Shown: piece by piece, positions 42,688 to 51,868 of the stretch | How positions within the stretch are numbered: the stretch's first letter is position 1 | How the letters are laid out: every line of letters begins with the position of its first letter | NCBI GenBank assembly: GCA_047285535.1 | Contig: JBJBDC010000001.1 | Span: 2,752,136 to 2,816,135, forward strand | Direction of reading: 5' to 3' | Length of the DNA: 64,000 nucleotides | Source of the DNA: Synechococcus sp. | GTDB taxonomy: Bacteria; Cyanobacteriota; Cyanobacteriia; PCC-6307; Cyanobiaceae | Made by a program: the position numbers and the translations under genes | The notes under the pieces: generated by a model | Told to the model about the DNA's origin: nothing | Databases searched by the model: none | The model's input: only the letters and a program-made list of their open reading frames with translations

Positions 42688-44151
42688 TCAGTCCGGCAAT
42701 AGTCTCTGTAGCGGTGTCCACGGCTCGAGAGCGTGGAAAACCTGCTTCCCCCAACTACGTGCTCGGACCCTGCCATCCAAAATGGCGAGTCGACCGCCGC
42801 TTTGTCTTAACGGGGTGATCGCTGGAACAAGCCTCGCGAGCGCTTCGGGGAGAAGCAGGTCACGGAACCAGTCTCCCCCCAGTTGTTTTAGAGATTGCAC
42901 TCGAGCTGCCGTGAGCGGATCTTGAAGGCTGGAGACAGGAAGCAAGGCAATAATGAGCTGATCTGGAGCAGGAAGCTGGTCCTGATGGTGAATCCACCAC
43001 GACCAACTGCAACAGATCACGCCGTTAGCTTCTGGTGTGGTGTGTTCATGTATCACTCTGCTGCCAAATTCACCAGCGAGTTCTGTGGTCAGCTTCTGCT
43101 TTAGCCCAGGCTCATCGAGTAAAACCACGGTGAGACCTGGTCTCCCGAGAATTAAGCGCCGACATTGGTCCAGAAGGTGTTCGGCATAGATCGCCGTATT
43201 TGGCAAAGGCTGTCTTCTGGGTGCGAACAAACGAAGTGGTTCCGATCGAATGCGATCGTGGAGCTGAATTTCTACTACTTTCGCTAAATCCTTGATATCT
43301 GAAATCGGTTCATCAGAACGATTGTTTTGTTCTAGAAGAACACCATCAGTCTGAAGAAGAATTGATGGGGATTGCTCCAATAGACCGCTGATCTGCTGCA
43401 ACGGCTCAAGCGGTTGGAGATGCCAGGTCCATTGCAGGAGGTTTTGATCAAGATGAGCCCAGCTGGCCCATTGGGCATGATTGAGACTGAGAAAGTCAGA
43501 CCAAGGATCAGGAGCAGGTCCAAGAACACCGATCAAATCGTGAAGACTGACCCAAGCGCTGTTTGGCATCGGCAGATCGCAGGTTGATCGACTGGAGGCC
43601 GTAAATAGCTGCTTGCTGAGGCGTTCGTGGAGCTCGAGGAGCGCAGGTCCTGCGGCTGGATATGCCTGCCGTAGTCGATCCCAATCCTTGGTTTCGATGA
43701 CCATTGCCATCGCTTGGCGTAACTGGTCCGCCAGATTTTCCGCTTCTGGAATGATCAACTGTTGCGATTGTTTCAAGCCGCCGCGGCGGTGAACGTTGAT
43801 CAGTTCGTTTGGAGAAAGCAGCCACAGTTGTTGACCGTTGGGAGGAGTGCAGCCGCTCCAACACGCAAGCCTTAGGCCTCCATTCCGTAGACGAGGAAGC
43901 TCGACTTGAAGAAAGCGTTGGCGTTGGCGCTCGTCAAGCACCAGAACACTGTCTTGTGATTGAAGGCAAAGAGGGACGAGCAACCCCAGCCACCACCGAT
44001 CTCGCTCTCCTGAGGAGAGCAGGATTCTGGTCCGATCTTTTCTTCGCAGGCTGCGACCGACCAGACGGCTAAGGGTGAGATGGTGCTCCCATTTCACCTC
44101 CTCGCGGTGGAGCAGATGCTTGAGTTGCTGATGGGCTTGGACTTCCAGCAT
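42688..44151 (-). CDS. DinG-like helicase C-terminal domain protein
   Basis: WEHHLTLSRLVGRSLR at the N-terminus; C-terminal AILDGRVRARSWG resembles DinG motif VI region. Confidence 0.75.
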   Translation of the reverse strand: MLEVQAHQQLKHLLHREEVKWEHHLTLSRLVGRSLRRKDRTRILLSSGERDRWWLGLLVPLCLQSQDSVLVLDERQRQRFLQVELPRLRNGGLRLACWSGCTPPNGQQLWLLSPNELINVHRRGGLKQSQQLIIPEAENLADQLRQAMAMVIETKDWDRLRQAYPAAGPALLELHERLSKQLFTASSRSTCDLPMPNSAWVSLHDLIGVLGPAPDPWSDFLSLNHAQWASWAHLDQNLLQWTWHLQPLEPLQQISGLLEQSPSILLQTDGVLLEQNNRSDEPISDIKDLAKVVEIQLHDRIRSEPLRLFAPRRQPLPNTAIYAEHLLDQCRRLILGRPGLTVVLLDEPGLKQKLTTELAGEFGSRVIHEHTTPEANGVICCSWSWWIHHQDQLPAPDQLIIALLPVSSLQDPLTAARVQSLKQLGGDWFRDLLLPEALARLVPAITPLRQSGGRLAILDGRVRARSWGKQVFHALEPWTPLQRLLPD

Positions 44152-44217
44152 TGGAGAAGCCTAAGCAGGTACTTCAAGCGGTTTGGCCCATGTCGATCGA
44201 TCGATCAACATGGGTGA

Positions 44218-45114
44218 ATGAGCGAAATCGATCCGATGGGTCCGGTGCAGCAGGCGCAGCCTTGGTCTGTCGATCGGGTTGGCATTGTGGGGATGGGACT
44301 GATCGGTGGTTCCATTGCGCTTGACCTCACCAAACAAGGGACCGTGGTGCAAGCCCTTGTCCACCGTGAAGTCACGGCGGAACGAGCACGCAGCAGGGGG
44401 CTCGCACAGTTCGTAAGTACTGATCCGAGGTGTCTTCAGGATTGTGACCTAGTGATCCTTGCTCTCCCCTTGGAGTCGTTACTGGCTCCTGACAAGAACC
44501 TGCTGATGGCCCTACCTGAGCTGGCAGTAGTCACTGATGTGGGTTCTGTGAAGGCGGAGGTTCTGCAGGTTTGGCAAGATCTTCATCCGCGCTTTGTGGG
44601 TAGTCATCCGATGGCAGGAACTGCTGAAGCAGGTGTTGATGCTGGAGTAACGGGTCTTTTTTGCGGTCGTCCCTGGGTGTCTACACCAGTGTCAGAAACC
44701 GATCGTTCTGCTCTAGAGGTAATCCGTCAGCTTGCGCTGCGTCTTGGTAGTCATTGGCTGATTGCTGATGCCGCTCGTCATGATCAGGCAGTAGCGCTGA
44801 TCTCGCATCTCCCCGTCATCGTCAGTGCAGCGCTGCTGCGAGCGGTCGGCGAAGAACGTGATCCTGCTGTGCTGGATCTGGCGAAGAGATTGGCTTCAAG
44901 TGGTTTTGCCGACACCAGCCGAGTGGGAGCTGGTAACCCGGCACTTGGAACAGCAATGGCCTCAAGGAACACCCAAGCCGTGCTTCGGGCTCTTGCGTCT
45001 TATCGCTGGAGTTTGGAGCAGCTTGAAGAGTCGATCCTGCAAGGGCATTGGGACCAGCTCGAACAAGAGCTGGAGCGTACTCACAGGCTCCGACCGCAGT
45101 TTCTATCTGAATAG
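44218..45114 (+). CDS. tyrA: Prephenate/arogenate dehydrogenase
   Basis: GMGLIGGS, TDVGSVK, GSHPMAG and ISHLP motifs. Confidence 0.95.
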   Translation: MSEIDPMGPVQQAQPWSVDRVGIVGMGLIGGSIALDLTKQGTVVQALVHREVTAERARSRGLAQFVSTDPRCLQDCDLVILALPLESLLAPDKNLLMALPELAVVTDVGSVKAEVLQVWQDLHPRFVGSHPMAGTAEAGVDAGVTGLFCGRPWVSTPVSETDRSALEVIRQLALRLGSHWLIADAARHDQAVALISHLPVIVSAALLRAVGEERDPAVLDLAKRLASSGFADTSRVGAGNPALGTAMASRNTQAVLRALASYRWSLEQLEESILQGHWDQLEQELERTHRLRPQFLSE

Positions 45115-45124
45115 TTGAGTGCTC

Positions 45125-46639
45125 TTAGCAGTTCAGCTGAAGGTTCTGGCCTCGATCAGCCATTAACTGCCTGCAAGCCATTAGTGCGGACAGAGTGACT
45201 CCTGCCGTTCCTTCACCAGGATGGATGGAGTCTCCACAGAGCCAGAGTCCTGGCATTGGAGTGCGGCTGGCCAGTCCAAAGGGGCCAAACCGACGGGGCG
45301 CTTGCCCTAAGCCACCGACGATGCCTCTTGGTCGACCGGTCCAGTGCAGAAAGCCACGCGGGGTGGCCAGCTCTTGATGTCGCCAGGAGTGATCAGGCAT
45401 ATTCAAGGCTGCTTCTACTTCCTTGCGGATCTTGTCTTGACAGGTTTGTTTTTTGCGCTGGTAATCGGTTTCGGAGTCAGGGAACCAATCCTTGGGGGAG
45501 GTGAAAACACTGGCGATTACGGTCGCTTGACCTTCCGGGGCCCTTCCATCTCCATCTCGGCTGATGGAGATAAAGACTGAGCCGGGATCGCAAGCAGCCC
45601 GTTGCCAATGGCCTGGGCAGTCCGCAGGAAGATATTTTCTGTCAATCGCGCCATAAAACACCAGTGCGCCACTGGGAGCCTCGAGGTTTGTCAAATGTTG
45701 GCGATAGGTCGCAGGCATGACGCTCTGCTCTGGGATCAGTTCTGGGAGGCATTGCGGTGGAAGTGTGCTGATGACATCGCTTGCTTGAAAGAGTTGGTCT
45801 TTTCGATTTGGACCGTCCACCCGTAGTTGCCAGCCTGAATTTTCAGGGTTGCGTTGCAGTTGACGCACCCGGTGCCGCAGAAGCAAGGTCCCTCCATCGC
45901 GCTTAAACCCAGAGATCAAGCGCTTGCTTAACGCCTGCATCGACCCTTGAAGATGCCATAACCCATGTGGAGCTTGGGTCATTTGCAGGACTGTCGCCCC
46001 ATAAAGAGCTGAGGTTTGATCAGCGGCTTGTTGGGAGTAGAGCCTCAGTTGTAGATCGAGAAATTGGCGCAGGCGTTGATCCCCTGCACAGCCACAGAGT
46101 GTCAGCAGGTCTTTAACTGTGAGAAGACACAGGGGAGCGCTGACCAGATGACTGGGTTTGATGGCCGCAAGGGTTTGTTGTAGATCCCAGCCATTGCGAA
46201 TCGGTAACACTGGGTCGGCGCTGGCAAATTTCCAATTGCTCTCATGGAGAAAGCTGCAGAGTTGCCAGAACCTTTCACTGTGGGGAAATTGTTTCTGTCG
46301 TTCTTGTCGCCAACGGATCGGATCGTTCCAGAGCCGCACGGGCGCTGATCCGTCTGCAAGGTCGACAATGCAACCTGGATCGAGGAGCTCTGCCTCTGGA
46401 AGCGGAAGATTCAGGTGTCGGAAGATTCGGGAGTGGCTGCCGCCGGGTTCGAAGCCTGCAACTTGGGTGGCACCTACATCAAACGTGTAGTCCCCACGAC
46501 GGAAGGTTCCTGCACAGCCCCCCGGCTGGTAATGCGCCTCTAAAAGAGTGACCGAAACACCATCCCGTGCGAGCAGGGCCGCGGCACTGAGTCCGGCGAT
46601 TCCACCGCCGACCACGATTACATCATCCCTCTGTTCCAT
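45125..46639 (-). CDS. crtD: Carotenoid C-3',4' desaturase (CrtD-like FAD oxidoreductase)
   Basis: GGGIAGL, GGCAGTF...FDVGATQVAG and GDSIHPGEGTAGV motifs. Confidence 0.8.
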   Translation of the reverse strand: MEQRDDVIVVGGGIAGLSAAALLARDGVSVTLLEAHYQPGGCAGTFRRGDYTFDVGATQVAGFEPGGSHSRIFRHLNLPLPEAELLDPGCIVDLADGSAPVRLWNDPIRWRQERQKQFPHSERFWQLCSFLHESNWKFASADPVLPIRNGWDLQQTLAAIKPSHLVSAPLCLLTVKDLLTLCGCAGDQRLRQFLDLQLRLYSQQAADQTSALYGATVLQMTQAPHGLWHLQGSMQALSKRLISGFKRDGGTLLLRHRVRQLQRNPENSGWQLRVDGPNRKDQLFQASDVISTLPPQCLPELIPEQSVMPATYRQHLTNLEAPSGALVFYGAIDRKYLPADCPGHWQRAACDPGSVFISISRDGDGRAPEGQATVIASVFTSPKDWFPDSETDYQRKKQTCQDKIRKEVEAALNMPDHSWRHQELATPRGFLHWTGRPRGIVGGLGQAPRRFGPFGLASRTPMPGLWLCGDSIHPGEGTAGVTLSALMACRQLMADRGQNLQLNC

Positions 46640-46645
46640 CCAGTC

Positions 46646-47548
46646 ATGCTGACAGTTGACTCAGGGGGATCGAGCATGAGAACGCAACTTCTGGCGGCGT
46701 TGCAAAACGATTCTGATCTGCTTCAAGACTGTCTTTGTATGCAGCTGGAGCCTGTCTTGAGTGGCTCAATTTGGCGTGCTGATTTGTCGGATGGAAGATC
46801 GCTATTCATCAAGCTGGTTGCTCCAGCAATGGTCCATGTGGAAGCGAGAGGGCTACGCGCTCTCAAGCGTTGGGCTGATCCTGAACATCTGTTAATCCCT
46901 GAGCCGCTTGGCATCGTCCCGCTGGGGGAGTGGGCAGCTCTGATATTGCCTTGGCTCGATTTTGGGACTGGGGATCAATATGCTCTCGGTCAAGGCTTGG
47001 CCAGGCTGCATCGATCGTCCGCTGCCAATGGTGTGGATCAATTTGGTTGGGATGAAGAAGGTTTTATTGGTTTGGGTCCGCAACCAGCTGGATGGTCCAG
47101 TTCTTGGGGTGATGCTTTCGTAACGTTGCGTCTGCTTCCTCAGCTTCAGTTGGCATCAAGCTGGGGATTAGATCTGAATCAACAACACTCATTGCTGACA
47201 GCCATAAGGGTTTGGTTGGATCAACATGAAACTCAGCCCTGTCTTGTCCATGGCGACCTTTGGGGAGGGAATGCTGCTGTGATGGGCGACGGACGGGGTG
47301 TTCTGCTTGACCCTGCCTGTTGGTGGGCTGATCGGGAGGTGGATTTGGCGATGACTCGCTTGTTTGGAGGATTTAGTACCCGTTTTTACGCGGGCTATCA
47401 AGACCAATGGCCGTTAGATCAGAACCAAGAACAAAGGGTTGAGACCTATAACCTCTATCACTTGCTTAATCACGCCAACCTTTTTGGCGGGAGTTATAAA
47501 CAACAAACCCTTATGGCACTCAGTGCCATAAGGGCGATGCTGTTGTGA
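46646..47548 (+). CDS. Fructosamine kinase family protein
   Basis: LVHGDLWGGN, DREVDLAMTRLFGGF and YHLLNHANLFGG motifs. Confidence 0.93.
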   Translation: MLTVDSGGSSMRTQLLAALQNDSDLLQDCLCMQLEPVLSGSIWRADLSDGRSLFIKLVAPAMVHVEARGLRALKRWADPEHLLIPEPLGIVPLGEWAALILPWLDFGTGDQYALGQGLARLHRSSAANGVDQFGWDEEGFIGLGPQPAGWSSSWGDAFVTLRLLPQLQLASSWGLDLNQQHSLLTAIRVWLDQHETQPCLVHGDLWGGNAAVMGDGRGVLLDPACWWADREVDLAMTRLFGGFSTRFYAGYQDQWPLDQNQEQRVETYNLYHLLNHANLFGGSYKQQTLMALSAIRAMLL

Positions 47549-47572
47549 AAATGAAGTGGTATCGAATCTGGC

Positions 47573-47959
47573 TTAGCCGAGGTATTCAGTGCGAAGGCTC
47601 TGAACGCGGTTAACTAAGGCAGTACGTTTTTCACTTGTGGTGAGATTGTTCCAGCTCCATTGACCAACCACCACTACGCCTAGTAGCTCAAGCAGTCCAG
47701 GAATCACAGGAAGCAGATTGATGGTGTCGAGAATGCCCTTGATGAGAATTTGGGCGACGATGACAGCTGCAAAAATTCCCACGACTTTGCCCATCCGACC
47801 GGCTTGGCTCCAGTCAACTTTGTCTAAGGTTTCATTCACCTTTCCAAGAATTTCGCTGTATCGCGCAGAAAAGTTTGCGGTCTCTGCGTTAGGAGAAGAT
47901 TCGGTGGTGGTGTCGGTCCAAGTTGACTCACTCGCTGGTTTGGTGGCTTCCTCGATCAT
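47573..47959 (-). CDS. curT: CAAD-domain thylakoid curvature protein (CurT/CURT1-like)
   Basis: ILDTINLLPVIPGLLELLG is the CAAD signature; ATG at 47959. Confidence 0.8.
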   Translation of the reverse strand: MIEEATKPASESTWTDTTTESSPNAETANFSARYSEILGKVNETLDKVDWSQAGRMGKVVGIFAAVIVAQILIKGILDTINLLPVIPGLLELLGVVVVGQWSWNNLTTSEKRTALVNRVQSLRTEYLG

Positions 47960-47982
47960 GGAACTAAGGCCTAGGGTTAAAT

Positions 47983-48513
47983 TTGACTGAGCGTATCGGT
48001 CTTCTTTCGCAAACGCCATCCCAGCTGAGCTTTGATGCGGAATGTCTGATGGTTCTACGTCACGATCTTGTGGCGCCAGCACCCGCTGAAGGCTGTGCTC
48101 TGTTGATTGGAGATACGCATGGCTTTGATGATTCAGGCTTTCTGGATTGGCATGTGCAACTGATCTGGCCTTGTTGCAATCTGCTGAGTAATCAACAACA
48201 AGATCGTTTTGCACTCGATCCACGTGAACAGATTGCCGCTCAACGCTGGGCGCGATCTCGGTCCTTGAGGGTGCTTGGTAGCGCCCATTCCCATCCCGGT
48301 GTTTCGGCTCTCCCCAGTCGGAGAGATCGCCTCTGGGCTGCCACTTCTGGGCTGATGGTGATCCTTGGAGGCCACCATGCATTGGCTGCTTGGTGGCTGG
48401 ATGTCGAGGCTCCTCATCGCTCCCTCGCCAAAGTTCGATCTCTTCCGATTCGGATCATGGGGGAGACTCAGGTGGAACCCATCCCTGAAGAGCCTGGAAT
48501 CCACCATGTCTAA
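47983..48513 (+). CDS. JAB/MPN+ (M67) metallopeptidase
   Basis: EGCALLIG...HSHP-x6-S-x2-D JAMM motif; start uncertain. Confidence 0.88.
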   Translation: MTERIGLLSQTPSQLSFDAECLMVLRHDLVAPAPAEGCALLIGDTHGFDDSGFLDWHVQLIWPCCNLLSNQQQDRFALDPREQIAAQRWARSRSLRVLGSAHSHPGVSALPSRRDRLWAATSGLMVILGGHHALAAWWLDVEAPHRSLAKVRSLPIRIMGETQVEPIPEEPGIHHV

Positions 48514-49669
48514 AGAGGGGGGAGTCTCTCAGCTCAGCTCAGAGGAAAAGAGCAGATATGCCCGTCACCTCACGCTTCCAGAGGTGGGAGTTGAAGGTCA
48601 GCAGCGATTAAAAAAGGCATCCGTCTTATGCATCGGCGCTGGTGGACTCGGGTCTCCATTGCTGCTCTATTTAGCAGCTGCAGGAGTCGGCCGAATTGGC
48701 ATTGTTGATGATGACGCAGTTGAACCTTCTAACCTGCAACGGCAAGTCATCCATGGCACTGGAACCGTTGGACTGGCCAAAACTTCATCGGCACGCTCTC
48801 GGATTGAAGACCTCAACCCTTTTTGCCAAGTGGAAGACTATTGCTTTCGTCTTTCTGCAGACAATGCGCTTGATGTGATTGGCGCTTACGACCTTGTTGT
48901 TGACGGAACAGATAATTTCGCAAGCCGATATCTGATTAACGACTCTTGCGTATTGATGAAACGACCGTTCGTCTACGGATCAGTCCAGCGATTTGAAGGC
49001 CAGGTGAGTGTGTTCAATCTTGGGATTGACTCACCCGATTATCGAGACCTGGTGCCGGAGCCTCCGCCTCAAGACCTTGTTCCTTCATGTGCTGATGGCG
49101 GAGTGATGGGCGTGATGCCTGGATTGATTGGACTCATTCAGGCTGCTGAGGTGATCAAACTCATTACCGGCATCGGAAATCCTCTCGATGGACGTTTGCT
49201 CCTTGTGGATGGGTTGTCAATGCGTTTTCGAGAGTTAACCCTAAAAAGAAGGCCTAGTCGTGCCCCGATCGAAAAACTGGTTGACTATCAAATGTCCTGT
49301 ATGGCCGAAGGTTCGGTCTTAAGAGAGGAGTCAAAGCTGGTGAACACCATTTCTGTCGTTGAGCTCAAAGCCTTGTTGGATCAGGGCAGCGATTTGGCTC
49401 TTATTGATGTTCGTAATCCTGAGGAAGCGGAGGTGGCTGTGATTGCTGGTTCCGAGTTGATACCACTGGCCAGCATTGAAAACGAGGAGGCGATGGCTCG
49501 AATCCATGCGCTTGCAGCGCATCGAACCCTTTACTTGCACTGCAAGCTCGGTGGACGGTCGGCGAAGGCCGTTGCTCTCTTGGAGGCCCATGGGATTTCT
49601 GCCATCAATGTGGAGGGCGGTATCGATGCCTGGTCACGGCAGATTGATCCTTCCATTCCTCGCTATTGA
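48506..49669 (+). CDS. moeB: MoeB/MoeZ adenylyltransferase-rhodanese fusion
   Basis: RYARHL, GAGGLGS and SNLQRQ motifs; C-terminal rhodanese HCKLGGRS. Confidence 0.93.
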   Translation: MSKEGGVSQLSSEEKSRYARHLTLPEVGVEGQQRLKKASVLCIGAGGLGSPLLLYLAAAGVGRIGIVDDDAVEPSNLQRQVIHGTGTVGLAKTSSARSRIEDLNPFCQVEDYCFRLSADNALDVIGAYDLVVDGTDNFASRYLINDSCVLMKRPFVYGSVQRFEGQVSVFNLGIDSPDYRDLVPEPPPQDLVPSCADGGVMGVMPGLIGLIQAAEVIKLITGIGNPLDGRLLLVDGLSMRFRELTLKRRPSRAPIEKLVDYQMSCMAEGSVLREESKLVNTISVVELKALLDQGSDLALIDVRNPEEAEVAVIAGSELIPLASIENEEAMARIHALAAHRTLYLHCKLGGRSAKAVALLEAHGISAINVEGGIDAWSRQIDPSIPRY

Positions 49670-49693
49670 ATTCAAAGATTGCTTGGTTCTGGG

Positions 49694-50887
49694 TTAGTAA
49701 TCAACTCCGCGCTTGAGATCAACGCCCTGTTCCGCGTAGTGCTTGTGACACACCATTTCCGAGTGAACGCTTGCTAAGTCGAAATAAGCCGGTTGGTGTT
49801 TGCATCGTCCTGTAATGATGACTTCGGTTTCTGTTGGCTTACGGAGCAGGGTCTGCACGATTGGCTCTACAGGAAGAAGTTCGAGATCAACGGTGGGATT
49901 CAACTCGTCGAGAATCACCGTTTTGTAGAGCCCGCTTGCAATCGCAGCCCTCGCGATCTCCCAGGCCCGTTCAGCTTCGACATAGTCAATTGGCTGTTGT
50001 TGACCGCGCCAAACAATGGCATCCCGACCTGAACGAAGATGATCAACCAGATGGGGGTAGCTCTCCCGCAACGCCGCGATAGCTGCATCTTCGGTGTAAC
50101 CACTTCCGCCTTTCAGCCACTGCAGGATCAGTACGCGATGGCTTTTGTCTTGGCTAATCCCTCTGCCGATCGCTTGAAGGGCTTTCCCGAGGGCACTGGT
50201 TGATTTTCCTTTCCCTTCACCGGTATAAATCTCGATACCCCCAGCTGTGGCCAAGGACAGGGTTGAGTGGTGTTTCACCTCGGGCCGTCTGTGGGCACGC
50301 ATCTCAGAGTGGAGATCACAGATCTCCACTAACGGCCGAGGAGCGCCACGGCCGGTCACAATGATTTCCATCCCTTCTGGACGGCTGTGCAGCGACCGGA
50401 TCACCTCCTGGATCTCTAGCAGTCCAAGATCGAGAACTGGATTCAGCTCATCGAGAACCACAACTGAATAGAGAGCACTGGCGATGGCTCCTTTGGCAAT
50501 ATCCCAGCCACGTTGTGCCTCTTCGCGGTCGAAACGTTTGACCTCTTCGACACTGAAATAATCTCCTCGTCCTGTTCGCACCTGGTCGATGAGGTGGGGA
50601 AAGCCCTGTTGTAGAGCTTCGATGGCCGCGTCTTCGTCGTAAGCCCTTCCAGGGCCTTTGAGAAAACGAAGCAACAGCACCCTGGTGCGCCTCCGTTCGC
50701 AAATTCCAAGTCCGATGGTGCGAAGGACGACTCCTAAAGCCGCTTGGCTTTTTCCCTTGCCTTCACCGTCATACACATGGAGTTGGCCAAGGCTTCGTTC
50801 GCGACTATCGGCAGCCGTGACAATTCCAACTCCTCTGTTGTTGCGAGAGCGGTTTGTGGGAGTAGTACCGGATGAGACTGCATCCAT
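49694..50887 (-). CDS. cobO: Cob(I)yrinic acid a,c-diamide adenosyltransferase (tandem domains)
   Basis: Two repeats of GEGKGKS...LDELN...ITGR; ends GVDY. Confidence 0.9.
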   Translation of the reverse strand: MDAVSSGTTPTNRSRNNRGVGIVTAADSRERSLGQLHVYDGEGKGKSQAALGVVLRTIGLGICERRRTRVLLLRFLKGPGRAYDEDAAIEALQQGFPHLIDQVRTGRGDYFSVEEVKRFDREEAQRGWDIAKGAIASALYSVVVLDELNPVLDLGLLEIQEVIRSLHSRPEGMEIIVTGRGAPRPLVEICDLHSEMRAHRRPEVKHHSTLSLATAGGIEIYTGEGKGKSTSALGKALQAIGRGISQDKSHRVLILQWLKGGSGYTEDAAIAALRESYPHLVDHLRSGRDAIVWRGQQQPIDYVEAERAWEIARAAIASGLYKTVILDELNPTVDLELLPVEPIVQTLLRKPTETEVIITGRCKHQPAYFDLASVHSEMVCHKHYAEQGVDLKRGVDY

Positions 50888-50957
50888 TGGCGGCAACAAG
50901 GATGAGTCTTCTTACGCTGGGAGCATACAGAGATTTCAAGCACACGCATTACTCAAC

Positions 50958-51788
50958 GTGACGTTCCGCCAGCTAGAACTTTTGTCTGATGAGGATTTGG
51001 ATGTCCTAGATCAGCTGCGTCGTGCGATAGCGGCCTTTAAACACGTTTGTGTGGCCTACTCAGGTGGTGTGGATAGCAGTCTCGTTGCAGCAATTGCGCA
51101 TGAGCAGCTGGGAGAGCAGGCCTTGGCCATTACTGGCGTTTCACCATCACTGGCACCCCATCTCCTTGGGGAAGCGCGTCAGCAGGTGGCCTGGCTGGGA
51201 ATGCGGCATCAGGAGGTGTCCACCCTTGAACTAAAAGATCCGCACTACACCAGTAACCCTCATGATCGTTGTTATGCCTGCAAGCGTGAGCTGCATCGCC
51301 ATCTGGCGGTGATGGCAGAGGCGGCCAATGGTGCGGTTGTGCTCGATGGAGTGAATCGTGATGATCTCGGTGATCACCGCCCTGGGATTGCGGCGGCTCA
51401 AGAAGCCGGTGTGCGCTCCCCTCTTGCAGAACTTGGCATCAGGAAGGCGACCGTTCGCCAAGTCTCTTGGGCGCTCGGCTTTCCTTGGTGGGATAAGCCT
51501 GCGCAACCTTGCCTTGCCTCCCGCTTTCCGTATGGAGAATCAATCAGCAGTGAGCGCCTGAAAAGGGTTGGACAGTCTGAAGCCTGGTTGATTCAACAGG
51601 GATTCCGTGAGGTGCGGGTTCGTAGTCATGGATTGGCCGCTCGTGTGGAGGTTCCTGAAAACCGAATTGCTGATCTATTGCAGCCTGAGCTGCGTGAAGC
51701 GGTAGTTCGGACCCTGCTGAGTCTTGGATTTACGTCAGTGAGTGTTGACCTGGAGGGGCTGGTGAGCGGCAAACTCAATCGTCGCTAA
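50958..51788 (+). CDS. larE: LarE-like ATP-dependent sulfur transferase (PP-loop)
   Basis: AYSGGVDS, RCYACK, DHRPG and PCLASRFPYG motifs; GTG start inferred. Confidence 0.88.
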   Translation: MTFRQLELLSDEDLDVLDQLRRAIAAFKHVCVAYSGGVDSSLVAAIAHEQLGEQALAITGVSPSLAPHLLGEARQQVAWLGMRHQEVSTLELKDPHYTSNPHDRCYACKRELHRHLAVMAEAANGAVVLDGVNRDDLGDHRPGIAAAQEAGVRSPLAELGIRKATVRQVSWALGFPWWDKPAQPCLASRFPYGESISSERLKRVGQSEAWLIQQGFREVRVRSHGLAARVEVPENRIADLLQPELREAVVRTLLSLGFTSVSVDLEGLVSGKLNRR

Positions 51789-51868
51789 CAAATCAGAGTC
51801 CTCTTTCGTTACGACTGTGGCGCTGGTTGCTAACTCTGAATAGTTTTTATCCAGATGAATTTTGACTT

